Shown here one piece after another: positions 26,560 to 39,782 of a stretch of DNA of 64,000 nt (position 1 is the stretch's first letter; every line of letters begins with the position of its first letter). The position numbers and the translations under genes are program-made. A model generated the notes under the pieces. The model searched no databases and was not told the DNA's origin. It was given only the letters and a program-made list of their open reading frames with translations. Origin of the DNA: Euprymna scolopes (lineage: Eukaryota); assembly GCA_053919585.1 (NCBI GenBank), contig CM132784.1; one strand, 5' to 3'.

Positions 26560-27189
26560 CGTCTACTAATTGGTCCACCGACCGCTCTGTGGGGCGCAGA
26601 GAGAAAAGCGTCTTCTGCTCGCTCAGCTACTCAGACTGCTGACTGTCAAACTCAGACTTTACTCATCTCACTAAGTGACTATATTGTCGGATTTTAACCG
26701 ACTGAAGGGGGGGGGGGAGTTTCTGCAACTCAACGGCTAAACCTGAACTCGATATAGAAGGAAAAAACAATGAAACTCTTAACTTGTGTGGAGAATCCTT
26801 CTCGGCTTTTCTCGGCTAACTGGAGTTGCAACGTATTGCCTCGTTGCTTACAACGACAAATTGTCTTTGTAATAGTAACTGTGAAACGTGTAACTTGACT
26901 AAACAAAAAAGTCCAACTAACACATCAACGATAGGGGTGTTTTATAACCCACAAGTTGATGCTATGCAAAGTTCAGTCCGACCCACGTGGTGGACAACAC
27001 ACTACTACTACTACTACTATAAAATCAGTCGACCAAGCACTTTTTTAAACCTTTTGCTTGAACGACTGCCTCCCAGAATTCCACTGCCTCCCCCCTCCAC
27101 ATCGAGTTCCGGTCAGTAATAATTACCACAATATCATCTCTCGCGTCTTTGCTTTCCATCCTACGTCAGACTTACGTCACATAAAAAAG
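26560..27189 (+). promoter_or_regulatory. Candidate promoter / 5' exon region of the nAChR-type gene
   Basis: Stretch with no recognisable repeats and relatively high GC/CpG just upstream of the first identified exon. Possible donors ccg|GTcagt (27112) and aag|GTcagt (27190), followed by AT-rich sequence ending ttttataacAG (27340). Inference only. Confidence 0.3.
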
Positions 27190-27468
27190 GTCAGTCGTAT
27201 TGTTATTGTTCTAAATTAATTGCTCAATTGATATTCCAAATTTTGTTATAAATATTCAAGCGTAAATCTTTTATTGTTCTAAATACCTCTTCCATTTCAA
27301 TACCATTTTTCTCAGTGAAATATTTCACATTTTATAACAGTGAACAACCGCAGTGTCATCCCTCACTTCAATTGTCACCAAGCTCCTGTGTCGTCCAGGA
27401 GTCATATTCCCTAACGATAGAATGTATTATTCTGTGATTCTTACTGTCACTTCGTTTTTATTTTCCAG

Positions 27469-27629
27469 GATCGGACTGTGGTGGGAAACCGGTAAAGAAC
27501 ACGTCTACAGAACAACAGTTACTTCAGAGTTTGATGAGAGGCTATGACAAATCAGTTCGACCTGTTTACAATTCTTCAAAAGCTGTAGTCGTGGGACTCG
27601 GCTTAACGCTTACACAAATTCTGGACGTG
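27469..27629 (+). CDS. Coding exon of a Cys-loop ligand-gated ion channel, nicotinic acetylcholine receptor-type subunit (N-terminal helix and beta1)
   Basis: Acceptor ttttattttccAG at 27467-68 and donor GTaagt at 27630. The phase-1 start reads (G)SDCGGKPVKNTSTEQQLLQSLMRGYDKSVRPVYNSSKAVVVGLGLTLTQILDV, matching the nAChR pattern E..LL..L...Y....RPV......V.V.L.L.L.QI.DV. Not in the ORF track in this frame. Confidence 0.93.
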
Positions 27630-28236
27630 GTAAGTTATTACGTTCAACATAGTTTTCTGGTTTGTTTCTTTTCGTAATCATGGAGTTTTTATGAATCAAA
27701 TTAATCTATTGTTAGCATTGGTTTCCCGGATATCTTTTTAGTAAAAATTTATTCTAAAAATACACTGGTTATTTGCGGGAAGAACCACGTGATAGTGGAC
27801 GGCATTCTAAGTTAAAGTTTTTTAATTGTACAAACACGCATTCATTTAAATGTAATGTTAACAAGAATCTTGCTGCACACGTTTTTATTTAGGCTGTCCT
27901 TGTAAATGTGGCAGTTAATAGCAGCTGCCATTTCAGCCTCAATGGCAATGTAGCTTGTTTGCTGTAAATAAAACTAACAGAAAAATATCAAATTCCCAGA
28001 TATAAATAAAATAAATGAAAATTTGTTTTTAAGTGTTCGAATTATTAGAGCTACAATAACAAAAAATAGAAAGGAGAGCATAACGGCAACTATTAAGCAA
28101 TATAATAAGCCTACAAGATAAAGAATAAAAGAAATACCTATATTATTCCGATGATTACGACTGCTACGTGTCATCATTACAACAATTCTCCATCCTAAGC
28201 TCATCCACGATACACAGATATCGTGAAGTAAAAGAT

Positions 28237-28375
28237 ACAGGGTTGAAAGATAAAATCGCGGCCCTAAAGTAAACAACGCTACAGCTTTATTTTAAAACTT
28301 TTATTGAAAAAAATCAATTCAGGTAACTTGATTATGAAGTAGAGTTGTTTTCTATTCAATGTAGCCGCCATGACG
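28237..28375 (-). mobile_element. Terminal fragment of the same maT-like element
   Basis: TA-cagggt terminus and homology to 51040-51145. Confidence 0.65.
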
Positions 28376-28399
28376 TATGAGGCAGAGCTTCGTAGCCCC

Positions 28400-29330
28400 A
28401 TTCGTTCAACTTCTGCAGGATCGATTTAGCAAGGTGCAGTAGGGTATTATCGTGGAGGATAATTGGACTTTTTTGTTGCCTAATGCTGGGTGTTGTTGTT
28501 GAAGTTTCTGATACATTTCATCCATTTGTTGAGAGTACTTTTCTGCCGTAACCTTTTCGCCTGCATTCAAACAAACTGTAATGGATGAGATCGGTCGAAG
28601 GCCACCAAACAGACAGCATGACATTCTTTTTGTGCAACTCTTGGTTCGGGGAGTGTCGTGAAGCTTTATCGGCGTCTAACCACTGAGCTGAGCGTCGCCG
28701 GTTTTCGTAAAGAAACCACTTTTCGTTGCAAGTCACAACTTGGTCGAGAAACATGTCGTGCTTGTTTCGTGGAAGAAGGGAAGTTGGCACTTCATAACGA
28801 TGTTTATTTTGGTTGTCGTTAAATTCATCAAGTTTCTTTATCTTTCCAATCTCTTGCAAATAGTTGGAAATAGTCGTATACGTTATTTCTAATCCAGAAG
28901 ACCAGTTTTCTAACAGTTGTGTATGGATTGGCTTCGACTAAGGCTCTTAATTGATCGTTATTAACATTCAATGGCCGATTACTACGCTGATCATCTTCAA
29001 GACTCTCATCGCCACCACAAAATTTCTTAAATCATCATTGTGCTTTGCCTTAAGTAGTGGTTCCTAAGTCAAACGCTTCGTTGATGTCGTAAGCTGTTTC
29101 AGCAGCTTTTTGGTCAAGCTTGAATTGAAATAAAATAATTATGTGAATTTGCTTTTTTTCCATCTTGTATTCGCCATTGTTTTAAAATATTCTAATTTAA
29201 ACGATTAGATAGTGATAATGTTCTTTAAAATGATATATAAAGTAAATGTATTATAATAAAAACTTATTTGAAAATACATCATTTGAAATCAAAGTTACAG
29301 TCGAAATAACTACTAGAATATGTGCACAAT
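28400..29330 (-). mobile_element. mariner (DD34D-type) transposase fossil
   Basis: ATG at 29163 begins MEKKQIHIIILFQFKL..KAAETA..INEAF; ORF 28518-28859 has FLDQVVTCNEKWFLYENRRRSAQWLD...KNVMLSVWW. Confidence 0.88.
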
Positions 29331-29399
29331 AGATTATACCATCTAATATTATGTGTATTTTTTACTTGTACTTACCCGAGCAAGGCACAATGCTACTTG

Positions 29400-30235
29400 G
29401 TCCTAATCTCTACATCATGAACGCTCTGATACCCATTTGGCATCAATTGAAATGGATGGCTCTCGTCTAGGGGAGGCCCCATGTTTTGATAAGCTTCTGG
29501 GTTTGACCTTTACTCCTGATCTTAAATGGAACACATACATCAAGTCTGTGGCCAAGGTCGCTGGGAAAATGGTGGGATCCTTCTACCGCTCCAGGAGATA
29601 TCTCACTACTGATGCAATTCTCTATCTATATAAGAGCCAAATACGTCCAAGGATGGAGTACTGCTGCCACATCTGGGCAGGAGCTGCTAAAAACAGCCTA
29701 TCCTGCCTTGACAGAGTACAAAATAGACTTCGTGGCTTGGTGGGGGATGCCCTTTTCTCTTCCCTGCAACCTCTTCCTCACAGAAGAGACATAGCGAGCC
29801 TGCCTTTGTTCTATCGTTATTTCCATGGCAAGTGATCGTCTAAGCTCCAATCTCTGGCCCCCCTTCGTCAATCTTTTTCAAAAAACACCCGACTAGCTGA
29901 AACCACCGTCAATAATTTTCCCCACTCCTTATCTGTGCCTAAATCAAAACGTAGATTCCACGAACAAAGCTTCTTTGTTATAACTGCGCGCCTGTGGAAC
30001 TCTGTTCCGCTTACCTGTTTCCCTCCCGACTTCAACCTGGATGTCTTCAAGTCCAACACAGACAAATTCCTGGTGAACCGCCCCCATGAGTAATGACACC
30101 TTATCAATTCTCCAATACTATTGCTACACTATCCCATTGAGTACTGTACACACAATAACCCTTATCCCCGAGTGGCCATTGGGCCTTGATAAGTGGTGAA
30201 CTCCATGTAAAAAAAATGTAAAAAAAAAAAAAAAA
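29400..30235 (+). mobile_element. CR1-group LINE family A, 5'-truncated copy
   Basis: ORF 29437-29835 is nearly identical to the ORF2 C-terminus. 3'UTR and poly(A) at 30209-30235. Confidence 0.95.
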
Positions 30236-30819
30236 TGGGCTACTATTTAGGATCATATATACAACGACACTTTGAAGGAAGTAGCAAGATTTCGGTTCAC
30301 ATTACACTGAAACTTCTATATGTCAGGGAGGGAATGAGGAAGTTAGGTAGAAAAATCATAGTCTAGCAGGTTGAGATGAGAAACTATTAAGGTAGACACT
30401 TTTCGGTACCTAGGAATCTCTACGGTGGAATTTTGTTGCTAATTGGGTTAGTCGGGGCACAACTGTTATGAGCTAGTTCGAGCATATTTCATGAAAATAC
30501 TTGTAAAACAGGCACATACATACAATATTGCAACGATGGGATAGAGGATGAAACTTAGTTGACATTAGATTAAATGCACTTTTTTGGACCCCATTTTAAA
30601 GTGAAAGATGAATAGTAGATGCACTAGTTTAAAGTTCGCATAAATATACCATACATCTGTCAATAGTGGCTTTATAGGGAGGAATATACTTTCCGATGAA
30701 TGTAATTTCTTAACACGATAGAGTGAGTTTATCTTCTTAAGGTTTGCGTACGTGTTGAACACTGTGGAAATAAATGATAAAATATATACACAATATATTA
30801 TATCACATTATAATATTTT

Positions 30820-31484
30820 ATTTTATTTTTTTTTACACAGTGGTCACCACTTATCAAGGCCCGAAAGCCACTCAGGGATAAGGGTTATTGCAAGTACAGT
30901 ACGTTAGTGTGGAGATTTGATGAAGTGTTTACTTAAGGGGGTGGTTCATTAGGAATTTGTTAACGTTGGACTTTAACACATCCAAGTTGTAATCAGGTGG
31001 GAAGCAGGCAGACGGAACAGAGTTCCACAGGCGTGCAGTTCTAAGAAAGAAGCTTTGTTCATGGAATCCACGTTTTGATTTAGGCACAGATAAAGAGTGG
31101 GGGAGATTTTTCACAGTGGATTCAGCTAGACGGGTGTTTTTCGTGAAAGATTGGCGAGGGGGGACCATAGATTGGAGTTCAGACGAGCACCTGCCATAGA
31201 AATAACGATAAAACAAGGATAGGCTCGCAACGTCTCTTCTGTGGGAGAGAGGTTGCAGGGTAGAGAAAAGGGCATCCTCCCACTAAGCCACGAAGTCTAT
31301 TTTGTATTCTCTCAAGGCAGGATAGGCTGTTTTTAGCAGCTCCTGCCCAGATATGGCAGCAATATTCCATCCTTGGACGTACTTGGCTCTTATATAGATA
31401 GAGAATTGCATCAGTAGTGAGATATCTTCTGGAGCGGTAGAAGGATCCGACCATCTTTCCAGCGACCTTAGCAACAGACTTGAT
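30820..31484 (-). mobile_element. CR1-group LINE family A, 5'-truncated copy
   Basis: ORFs 31179-31454 and 30929-31216 are a frameshifted ORF2 C-terminus. T-run tail present. Confidence 0.95.
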
Positions 31485-33294
31485 ATGTTTATATATATAT
31501 ATATATTATTATCATTAATAAATTATGTGTACGTTTGTATGAAAAAAAATATAGCTACTCTACATTCGGCATTTACAGCAGAAAAATATCTAGATTTGAA
31601 AAGAATTTCGGTAGAAAAATATTCATTCGTAAAATATTTAAAAAAAAAAAAGAAAGCACTCCTTCCATAATCACTTCCTTTTTTGACATTTTTTAATATT
31701 TGTATACAAAGATATATTCAATATCTGAATTTGATATTTGTTTTGTTTATTTGTTTGCCTATTTGATCAAAGAAAACATTTACCGTCGTTAATAGATTAT
31801 ATTTTCAATTGCCACTTCCGGTTCAAAAGAGAGGAAAAATAAAAATGGCAATTGGTTTCATGTTCTGTGTGAGTGTGTATCCATAACCTATTTTTTTTAA
31901 TTACGCACTTTGTTTAAAACGAATTGGTTGAAATATGAAATCATATAGAATATTTAGTTTTTGTGTCGTTCTTCGCTTTAAAACGACAACTTTTATTTGT
32001 TTTCGTTGTGAAAGATCGGCATACATTTTTATAAATAATTTATTAAATGTTTGACTTACTTTAAAGGGTTTTGTTAATTAAACAGTAAATATTCCTACGA
32101 ATTATCTTGCTCAGGAAATCGGACGATTGAACGGTACTTATTTAGCATTACACTTATTAAAAACAAAATACAGCAGATTCCTTAAGATGTACGTACTCGT
32201 GACGGAACGAAGACGTCATATTCCAAAATTCACGTAAGTTGATCTGATAGCTATTTTTTAACTAATATAATCAAAATTTACAATTTTGAGCGATTTTGAT
32301 ACTAAATTGTATGCATCATCAGGTTGATTTTGACTTCAATAGTTTGAATTGAGTTGTCTTCTGTTATTTATACATCATGACCGATGAAAACACTGCGTCT
32401 CGCTTAGTCATAAAATTTAATTTTCTTATGTAAAATAATACTTGATCAATTGACTTGATATTTAGAATACAACATTTTCATTCTGTGACCAGTACGTTAA
32501 TAACATTTTTCCTGTATTTTTGTTTTATATATAATTCTAAATAAACAACTATTGAACTAATATGTGCCTACGTATGTTTATCTTTCTATCGCTAGTTTCA
32601 TATAGATACATTAGGTTTCATTAGATTAATTTACACAAATAAAACATATATCCCTGTGTGCGCAAATATTTCACCGATAAACTCTTAAACTACTGACCAC
32701 ATAACACTGAAATTAACAGGAAATAGTAATCATAAACAAAAGACATATAACGAATAAAATCTTTGTTTAGATGAATAACGCATACAAAAATATGTCGGCA
32801 AGTTGAAATGCAAGCTATTCATTTTACCTGACGCACAGACGTTTATTACTTCTGTGCAAGTAGCTTAAAAATGGTTTGATTTTTAATCTTTTTTATCTAT
32901 CTGCCGGTAGTTCAATCGATAGGGACTGCTGCTGGAGTGGTAAAGGTTTTGGTTTCGATTCTAACCAATGGGATCCAAGTCATTTTTTTTTAAATCAGTA
33001 CTATTTATTACGTATATTATAATACTGGGTAAAGAATTATTATCTCTGTAATGATAAATTCGAAATTTGTGTAAATTAAAATATATTTCAGCGTAGTTTA
33101 CGACCGAGCAAGGCCGGAAGCAACCCCCCCCGCAATAAACGCGTATTATCTTGAAAATATGTGGACCTTGGATTCCATAAAGCTATTACTTTCTCACATT
33201 CACCAAATATATATATATATATATATATAATATATATAAGTGAAATTGTCTGTGTGTACATTTCTCTATCAAACTACTCTGTCAATTTTCAGTC

Positions 33295-33683
33295 TACTGG
33301 TGTTATGACTTTTTTACTCCTCCCACACTTATCATCCCTCACAGACTCCATGCCTTCTTTAAATCGCTTATGCCACGCAAAACTGATGCTCGATTCATGC
33401 AAAATAATCCAAACGCAGTCTGAAGCATTCCATACGTTAATGTGGCATTTTTTTAAGTTCAAAACAGGATTTTATTGCATGTTGTTCTTCTAAAGTGTTT
33501 TCGTGTCCAGATTGCATTATTGAAATTCACCAGCTGTGACAATCAGACGTTAGTAGAGTGTATTCCAATTCTTGCTGGCACTGTTCATTTTAACCTGAAA
33601 TCATAAAAATTGGTCAGTCATCTCATAAGATGTATAGCAATAACAATTTTAAATGTTTGTACAAAACAAGTCTTGCACCTCGT
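33295..33683 (-). mobile_element. mariner 5' fragment (TIR remnant plus N-terminal HTH)
   Basis: Reverse strand reads AIKSCFELKKNA..TYGMLQTAF..CMNRASV..WHKRFKEGMESVRDD. Confidence 0.8.
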
Positions 33684-33870
33684 GTGTATGAGAGAGAGAA
33701 GAAAAACAAGGAAAACTGATAATAAAAATTAAATAAATTACAATATTTATTAATCCATCAAAAATTCGGGAATTATAATTAAGTAAATCGTTACTCAATG
33801 GATTTTCAAAGATAGGTTCTTTTCATCAGAAGATAAGAAATAAACTTAATTATATCTTTATATTTTTTTT

Positions 33871-33898
33871 TAATTAGAATTCATTATTGAGATGAGTT

Positions 33899-33933
<35 letters not shown>

Positions 33934-34372
33934 TTGCGGACTATTATCCTCATCTTTATTAGTTGTTGTTTGACAACGTTTCGGCCAACTCTAACTCTGG
34001 CCTTCGTCATGTGGTAACCCCGACGGGATAGGAACTCCGAATCTTGTAACTGCATTCTCAGCAATCACTGCCATCCATAGTTGTTGTCGTCTCACCACGA
34101 TTTGGCCAAGTAAGCCTCTGGCCAGCTTTGAAACCGCTATCTTCAGACAATTCTCACCTAGAACCGTAGAGATTCAAAATCTCTATCAACTGCGCCACGG
34201 GCCCCGAAGGGCGATCAAGGTCAGATTTTTTGGTCTTATAAATCCACGGTTATTTATTATTTGATCTTCCATGGTCGGGGCCGTACCAAATAGTACATAT
34301 ATTTAATTGGAATTCATTATTGAGATGAGTATTATTTATTAATTTTATTCATTGCGGACTATTATCCTCATC
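33871..34372 (-). mobile_element. Same element, copy 2, with (AAAT)n tail and terminal direct repeat
   Basis: Head ggggcccgtggcgcagttgatagag at 34205. Hammerhead-like motif at 33972-34013 with C3 changed to A. 33871-33954 is repeated at 34304-34372. Confidence 0.75.
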
Positions 34373-35023
34373 ATTATTTACTTAATTATATATTTTCGAA
34401 TGAATGCGAACTAGTGATGTATTTTTACTAATGCTTGTTTTCGTATAAAAACAACCTTTTTTTGTCCATGGGTTAAGCAATTTTTCTTTAATAAAATTCC
34501 TTGTTTGAATTTTTGATATATTTATTCAATTTACATTTTTATCGTAAACTTTTTTTTTCTCTGTAATGGCTCTAATTTCGTATATTAAGGCTATTATCTT
34601 AATAGGTTCTAATTTTGAGATAAATATTATCTTTATAATTTAAGGGTGTGCTCTCCGTTAAAAACAAATTGCTTGAGATATAAGATCGAATAGAATATTG
34701 AGTTTTACATTCATTTTCACTTTCAAAGACCATTTTTTGGGAGGGGGTCTTTTTGAAAAAATATGGAAACCTATTAATGAATGAATTATTAAATATAGCA
34801 TGATGATTCCCATTCAAAAGCTTTGCGATTCAGTAGTAAACATTCATACGAATTATTATGCTAGGAAAATAGAACAATTGACCTTAGATGAGTTTGTCTG
34901 TGTCTTCTTACTGATTAGACGTAGAGACATACAGTTTAATAATATAAATTTGCAACAAATGCAAGAAATAATTAGAATCTGCGATTCTCCCAGGGTACCC
35001 GTCGTAGATTTATCATATTAGAC

Positions 35024-35069
<46 letters not shown>

Positions 35070-35631
35070 CCTTAATTATTTAGCTATAAGGATAAATCAT
35101 TAACATTCCAATACCAGTAGCTCAAAGTTTAGTGCAATACAGATCTGAAATAACAGCAAGCTTAACCTTGATTCCAAATATTTCTCATGTTATATAACCC
35201 CCTCTTTTAAAAATATGGTATATTATCAAATAATCCTTATACACTGTGAAATTTATTTTATGTATTAATATTAAAGAAGGGAGATATATCATATGAGAAG
35301 CATAGTTTTCTCTCCATCAAAGCTAGAGGTTATGGGAAAATATCAGATATTTTATCATTTATATGCAAAACTAGGAAAACAAATAACTAATTGAAACATT
35401 TTATGGCTGTAAAAACGTTCTAAAAATAAGCTCTGGATAATAGATGATTCCCTTAATGGGCGACCTTAAGAGCAAATGTCACATAGACCACTACATAATT
35501 CAGGTCATTACCTTTCCAATTAGCCTTCATTTGTTAAATTCTAATCAATGGTCGCTGACATTTGAGACTTATAAAATTGCCAAAAAAGATGGCGTGTATA
35601 TATAAAATAAATTTATATAAAATACATCTAG

Positions 35632-35674
<43 letters not shown>

Positions 35675-37370
35675 TAGTAGCTAAATTGAATATTGACGTG
35701 CTCATATCTGTGGTTCTATGGGATGAAACTACATGAAAATTCGCAGGCTTTTTGAAGATTAAATACTATTCTATGGTTAATATTCTATGACAATTGGTAC
35801 AAAATCTATATTTTCAAACCAATAAAGTATTTCTAAATGTGCCTACATCTGTATATATATTGTCCTGCAAGCCGGCTTCAGTTTTGCTGCTTCGGTTTTT
35901 TCCTCTGTGGTTTCGCCAGGCCACTAATGTGTGTGTGCGTGTGTGTGTATAAGATGACGATGTAAACCGTTTTCCAGATCAATTTCTAAATAATAAGCAT
36001 ACACAAAGATCTTTTAGATGTTAGCCATAATGTTTCGGCCCATAGTTTCTATGTGAGTATATTATACCAGCGAGAAAAGTGTAAAAATAAACAACTTTTT
36101 TAAAATCTTAACCGTCTATTAACTGGCCTATTTTTTATTCCCAACACATGCTATGTGACATCCATATGAGTAATTTTCCAACAATCAAAACATTATATTA
36201 GATTATCGTATAGCTTCATGTAGTTAGGCAATTATAAAATACATTTTCTCTTATAACAGAAAGAGAAATATATGTGTGTGATGGAGAAGATACAAAAGTA
36301 ATATTATAAAAATTAAGATACGCTTTCCAAGTTTGTATCAAGAAATTCGGTTAAGATTTAAGTATACGAATCAATTTCAAATTTCCATCGAAAAGCACGA
36401 AATTCAATGCGCATTCAATTCAGTTTTATAACATTTATTCAGAGATGTTCAGGAAGTATCATAAGTTTACATAAATGAATATTGTGAATACGTTACAAAA
36501 TATATCCCCCTTCTCATGAGAAAATCTAATTCATCCAAAAAAAGGTATATAAATATTTGTGCGTTTCTTATAGAAGGAAATCTGGAAAAAATCTACAGTG
36601 GGAGAATCTTAAGTGCACCCCAAAGACACTAATAGTTTCCTTAAAACTTTAAATATATTTTTTTATAAAATAACGAGCATGTTCAAACTTCCTTCTTTTT
36701 CATAAATTAAAAAAAAATATAATTGTAATCGAAATAATTCTACCAATTGTTAAACAAATAATTCAAGGAAATGAGTTAATTTATTGCTCACGGATTTCGC
36801 CATTGAATATTATGTGATTCGTATAATTCATTGCTTTTTATAAAATCATTCAAACATTGTTTTTCTACTCAACTACCAAACTTTCTTTGAAAAAAAACTT
36901 TTCCTTTAACAGACGTTAGAAATTATTTTACTTAGAATTTTAAAGGTTTATGCAAACTATTTCACTAGTAATTTCATCTAACATGAAAAGTTTTTTGTAA
37001 ATTTCATGACTTGGGGAAAAATAGTGCCCTAATTTATCAGGAGGAATCTAATGTTGTCTAGTGTATGTCCAAGTAGATTGAAGTGGCCTGTTAGTGGAGT
37101 AAAATTTTTGTCGAATTGTGTCTTATGATTATTAAAGCGTGATCTAAACATGTCAAAGTTTCTCCAATATATACGCCATTTGTACAAATGGAGCACACAT
37201 ATAATTTTTAAATTATATTTTTAAAATAATATATGTACCGCTCTCTATGTGGGGGTACTAAATTGGCTAAAAGGGAAAATTATTCCCAACTCACATTTAG
37301 GTAAAAATGCACTTTCGTAAATAATTGAATCCATTCAAAACATATCACTAAAACAAAAACAAACAACATC

Positions 37371-37401
<31 letters not shown>

Positions 37402-38113
37402 GCGTTGCCCGATCATACAATACGCTTAAACATGATATTTTAATTTATGCAGATTGCGTATGTATTATTATAGGCTCAATCTTCTATTGATTATTATATA
37501 TAACGATGGATAATTTGTCCGGTGGACTAATTCGCAAAAAAAAAAATAAAGTATAAAAAAATAATAATGATAAGGTCGTTGTTTGCTTACAATATCACGT
37601 CAGCTAATATTTGGGCTGGACGATGAATGCTTTGGAAAAGTTAATTTTTATTTATGCTTAGTTTTAAAATATGCAGACAAAGAAATGATTTGCGGCGATT
37701 TTAAATGATACCAGTTCTTTTATCGTAAATTGAACTCATTAATGAGAAAAAATTAAAATATAATAGTTAGATACACCAGAGCTTTAACATGGGATCATTC
37801 GATGTGTAGTCGAATGCTTTACCATTCAACTATATCTAGAATAGATCAGTTTTTTTTTTTTTTAAGAAGGAATGATTTGCTGAAATTTTATTATCTCCCT
37901 TGCCGGTGCAAAGTAAAATATCCCCGTGTAAAAATTATTCTTTTTTAACTATAAGAGAGAAAATCTATTTTTAAGATCTGATTTTTTTTCGATTTTTGAT
38001 ATTTCTCGGATGAATTTCCGTACAAAAATAACCTAATAACACTGCCAGATATATGAATTCGTGTGAAATTTTTAAAAGATAGGCTCAGCCTATAAGAACT
38101 TATGAAGAAGGAA

Positions 38114-38181
<68 letters not shown>

Positions 38182-38257
38182 CAGACACACATACACACGC
38201 GCTCGTGCGCGGTGACTTTTATATAATAGTAAACATAAAGATAAATTACGTTGGAAT

Positions 38258-38730
38258 GTTTTTTTTTCTTTTTTACTCCTGTTCACTCCTTACAAAGCAT
38301 ATCGCCACTTAGACGTAAGGGGCTACTATTACTACTAGCTTTCTGGCATTTAGGGACATCAACAGTGAAGGGGTGAGATCTTGTTGCTAAGTGGGTTTGT
38401 CGGGGATATGTACGTCGAGGAGGGTGTCAGTGAAACGACTTCATCAGAACACATTCCATTAAAATATTTGTAAAACTATTAGATACAACATCGCAGCAAT
38501 AGGACAGCGGCTGGGGCTTAGTTGATAAAGTGGGACCGATTAGATTGACAATTCTTTTTTGAACCCTATCTAATAGGGGGAGACTAGTAGTGGATGCAAC
38601 AGCCCAGATGTGGCAACAATATTCTATGCCTTGGCAAATGATTGCCTTGTAAAGTTACAGGATACTCTCAGGCGTGAGTAGTCTTCTAGCTCGATAGAGG
38701 GAGCCCACCTTCTTTTCAGCAGCCTTTGCA
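38258..38730 (-). mobile_element. CR1-group LINE, divergent family C, 3' fragment
   Basis: Reverse strand reads LYKAII..GIEYCCHIWAVASTTSLPLLDRVQKRIVNLIGP...FYKYFNGMCSDE, followed by an A-rich tail. Confidence 0.8.
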
Positions 38731-38871
38731 ATGTCCTCTGTGTATTTGTTCCAGTTCATATTGCCACATATATCTCCAAGGACTTCGGTTTGATATCTTT
38801 TTAGTTTTAATTGTTTTTATTTTTTTTCTACTTACTTTCTTTGTTCCCTTCTCTCTACGTATGTTAGTATT

Positions 38872-39047
38872 AGGACTATGACAACAGCATATTCTTTTCA
38901 TTGTTTTGATTCTCCGGTATATATCCATTGATATCTTATATGTTATGTAGAGTGATTTGGTTCTCGGTTGATTAATTGTGTCTAACTATGTCGAATATAT
39001 ACTCGAGACTAAAAACAATGAAAAGAATACGCTGTTGTCATGACCCT
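38872..39047. mobile_element. ~175-bp MITE, copy 1
   Basis: TIR atgacaacagcatattcttttcattgtttt / aaaacaatgaaaagaatacgctgttgtcat. Confidence 0.8.
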
Positions 39048-39782
39048 ATTTATTATATGCTTTTCATTTTTACTTCGTCTTTTATCTTTTCTTCTCTAGT
39101 TCCCTTTGTCCCATCCCCTCCCTAATCATCACTCCTTATTTCTCATCCCCATCCCCTTCAGTCGTCCCCATTATTTCACACCATATTTCTTTTTACTTTT
39201 ACATTTTTAATCTAAATGTTCTAAAACCAGGTTTATCTTTGTATACTCATATAGTGGTATAATATCTGATTTTCTCCTCTAATGATGAGAAGCATTTGAT
39301 TTTGAAAGGCCATAATCTAAAGAGTTTCTTTGCCATTTCCTCGTATTTTTTTTTTGTTTTTAATGGCATGATGATGTAATAAAGTTCTATGTAACTTTTA
39401 TTCCTCAACTTTTTAATTTATGAATTGCTCATCTTCACCATTATTACATATGTGTGCCGATCATAGCTCGTATGGTCTAGAGATTTATCAGCACCCACAT
39501 GTAATAAAATTAAAACAAAAGAAAAAGATTTAACGAAAAAGAAATTTATTTAAAAATAAATTAACAAGAAAAAACAAAAGAAAAGATTACCATGTTTGAA
39601 GGGCAACAACTCGCTCATAAATTGTCTCCCTTAGATCATAAAGAAAGTATTTCTTAATGTATTGTGTTTTGAAATGTTTTGTTTAGTGTATTTTTATATG
39701 TATATGTGTTTCAGTCAACAAACTCAAAGAATAAATAAAAACTTTACCAGAATCCAGACAGCCAGTTCTTCAGTGAGGTTTT

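Noticed and set aside
27353-27547. 64-aa ORF as an independent gene
   Set aside because: Overlaps the receptor exon in a different frame. Only its ATG segment is of interest (see findings).
37945-38286. RE-repeat ORF (and YI-repeat ORFs at 20300, 25401, 56602)
   Set aside because: Translations of (CT)n and (TA)n microsatellites.
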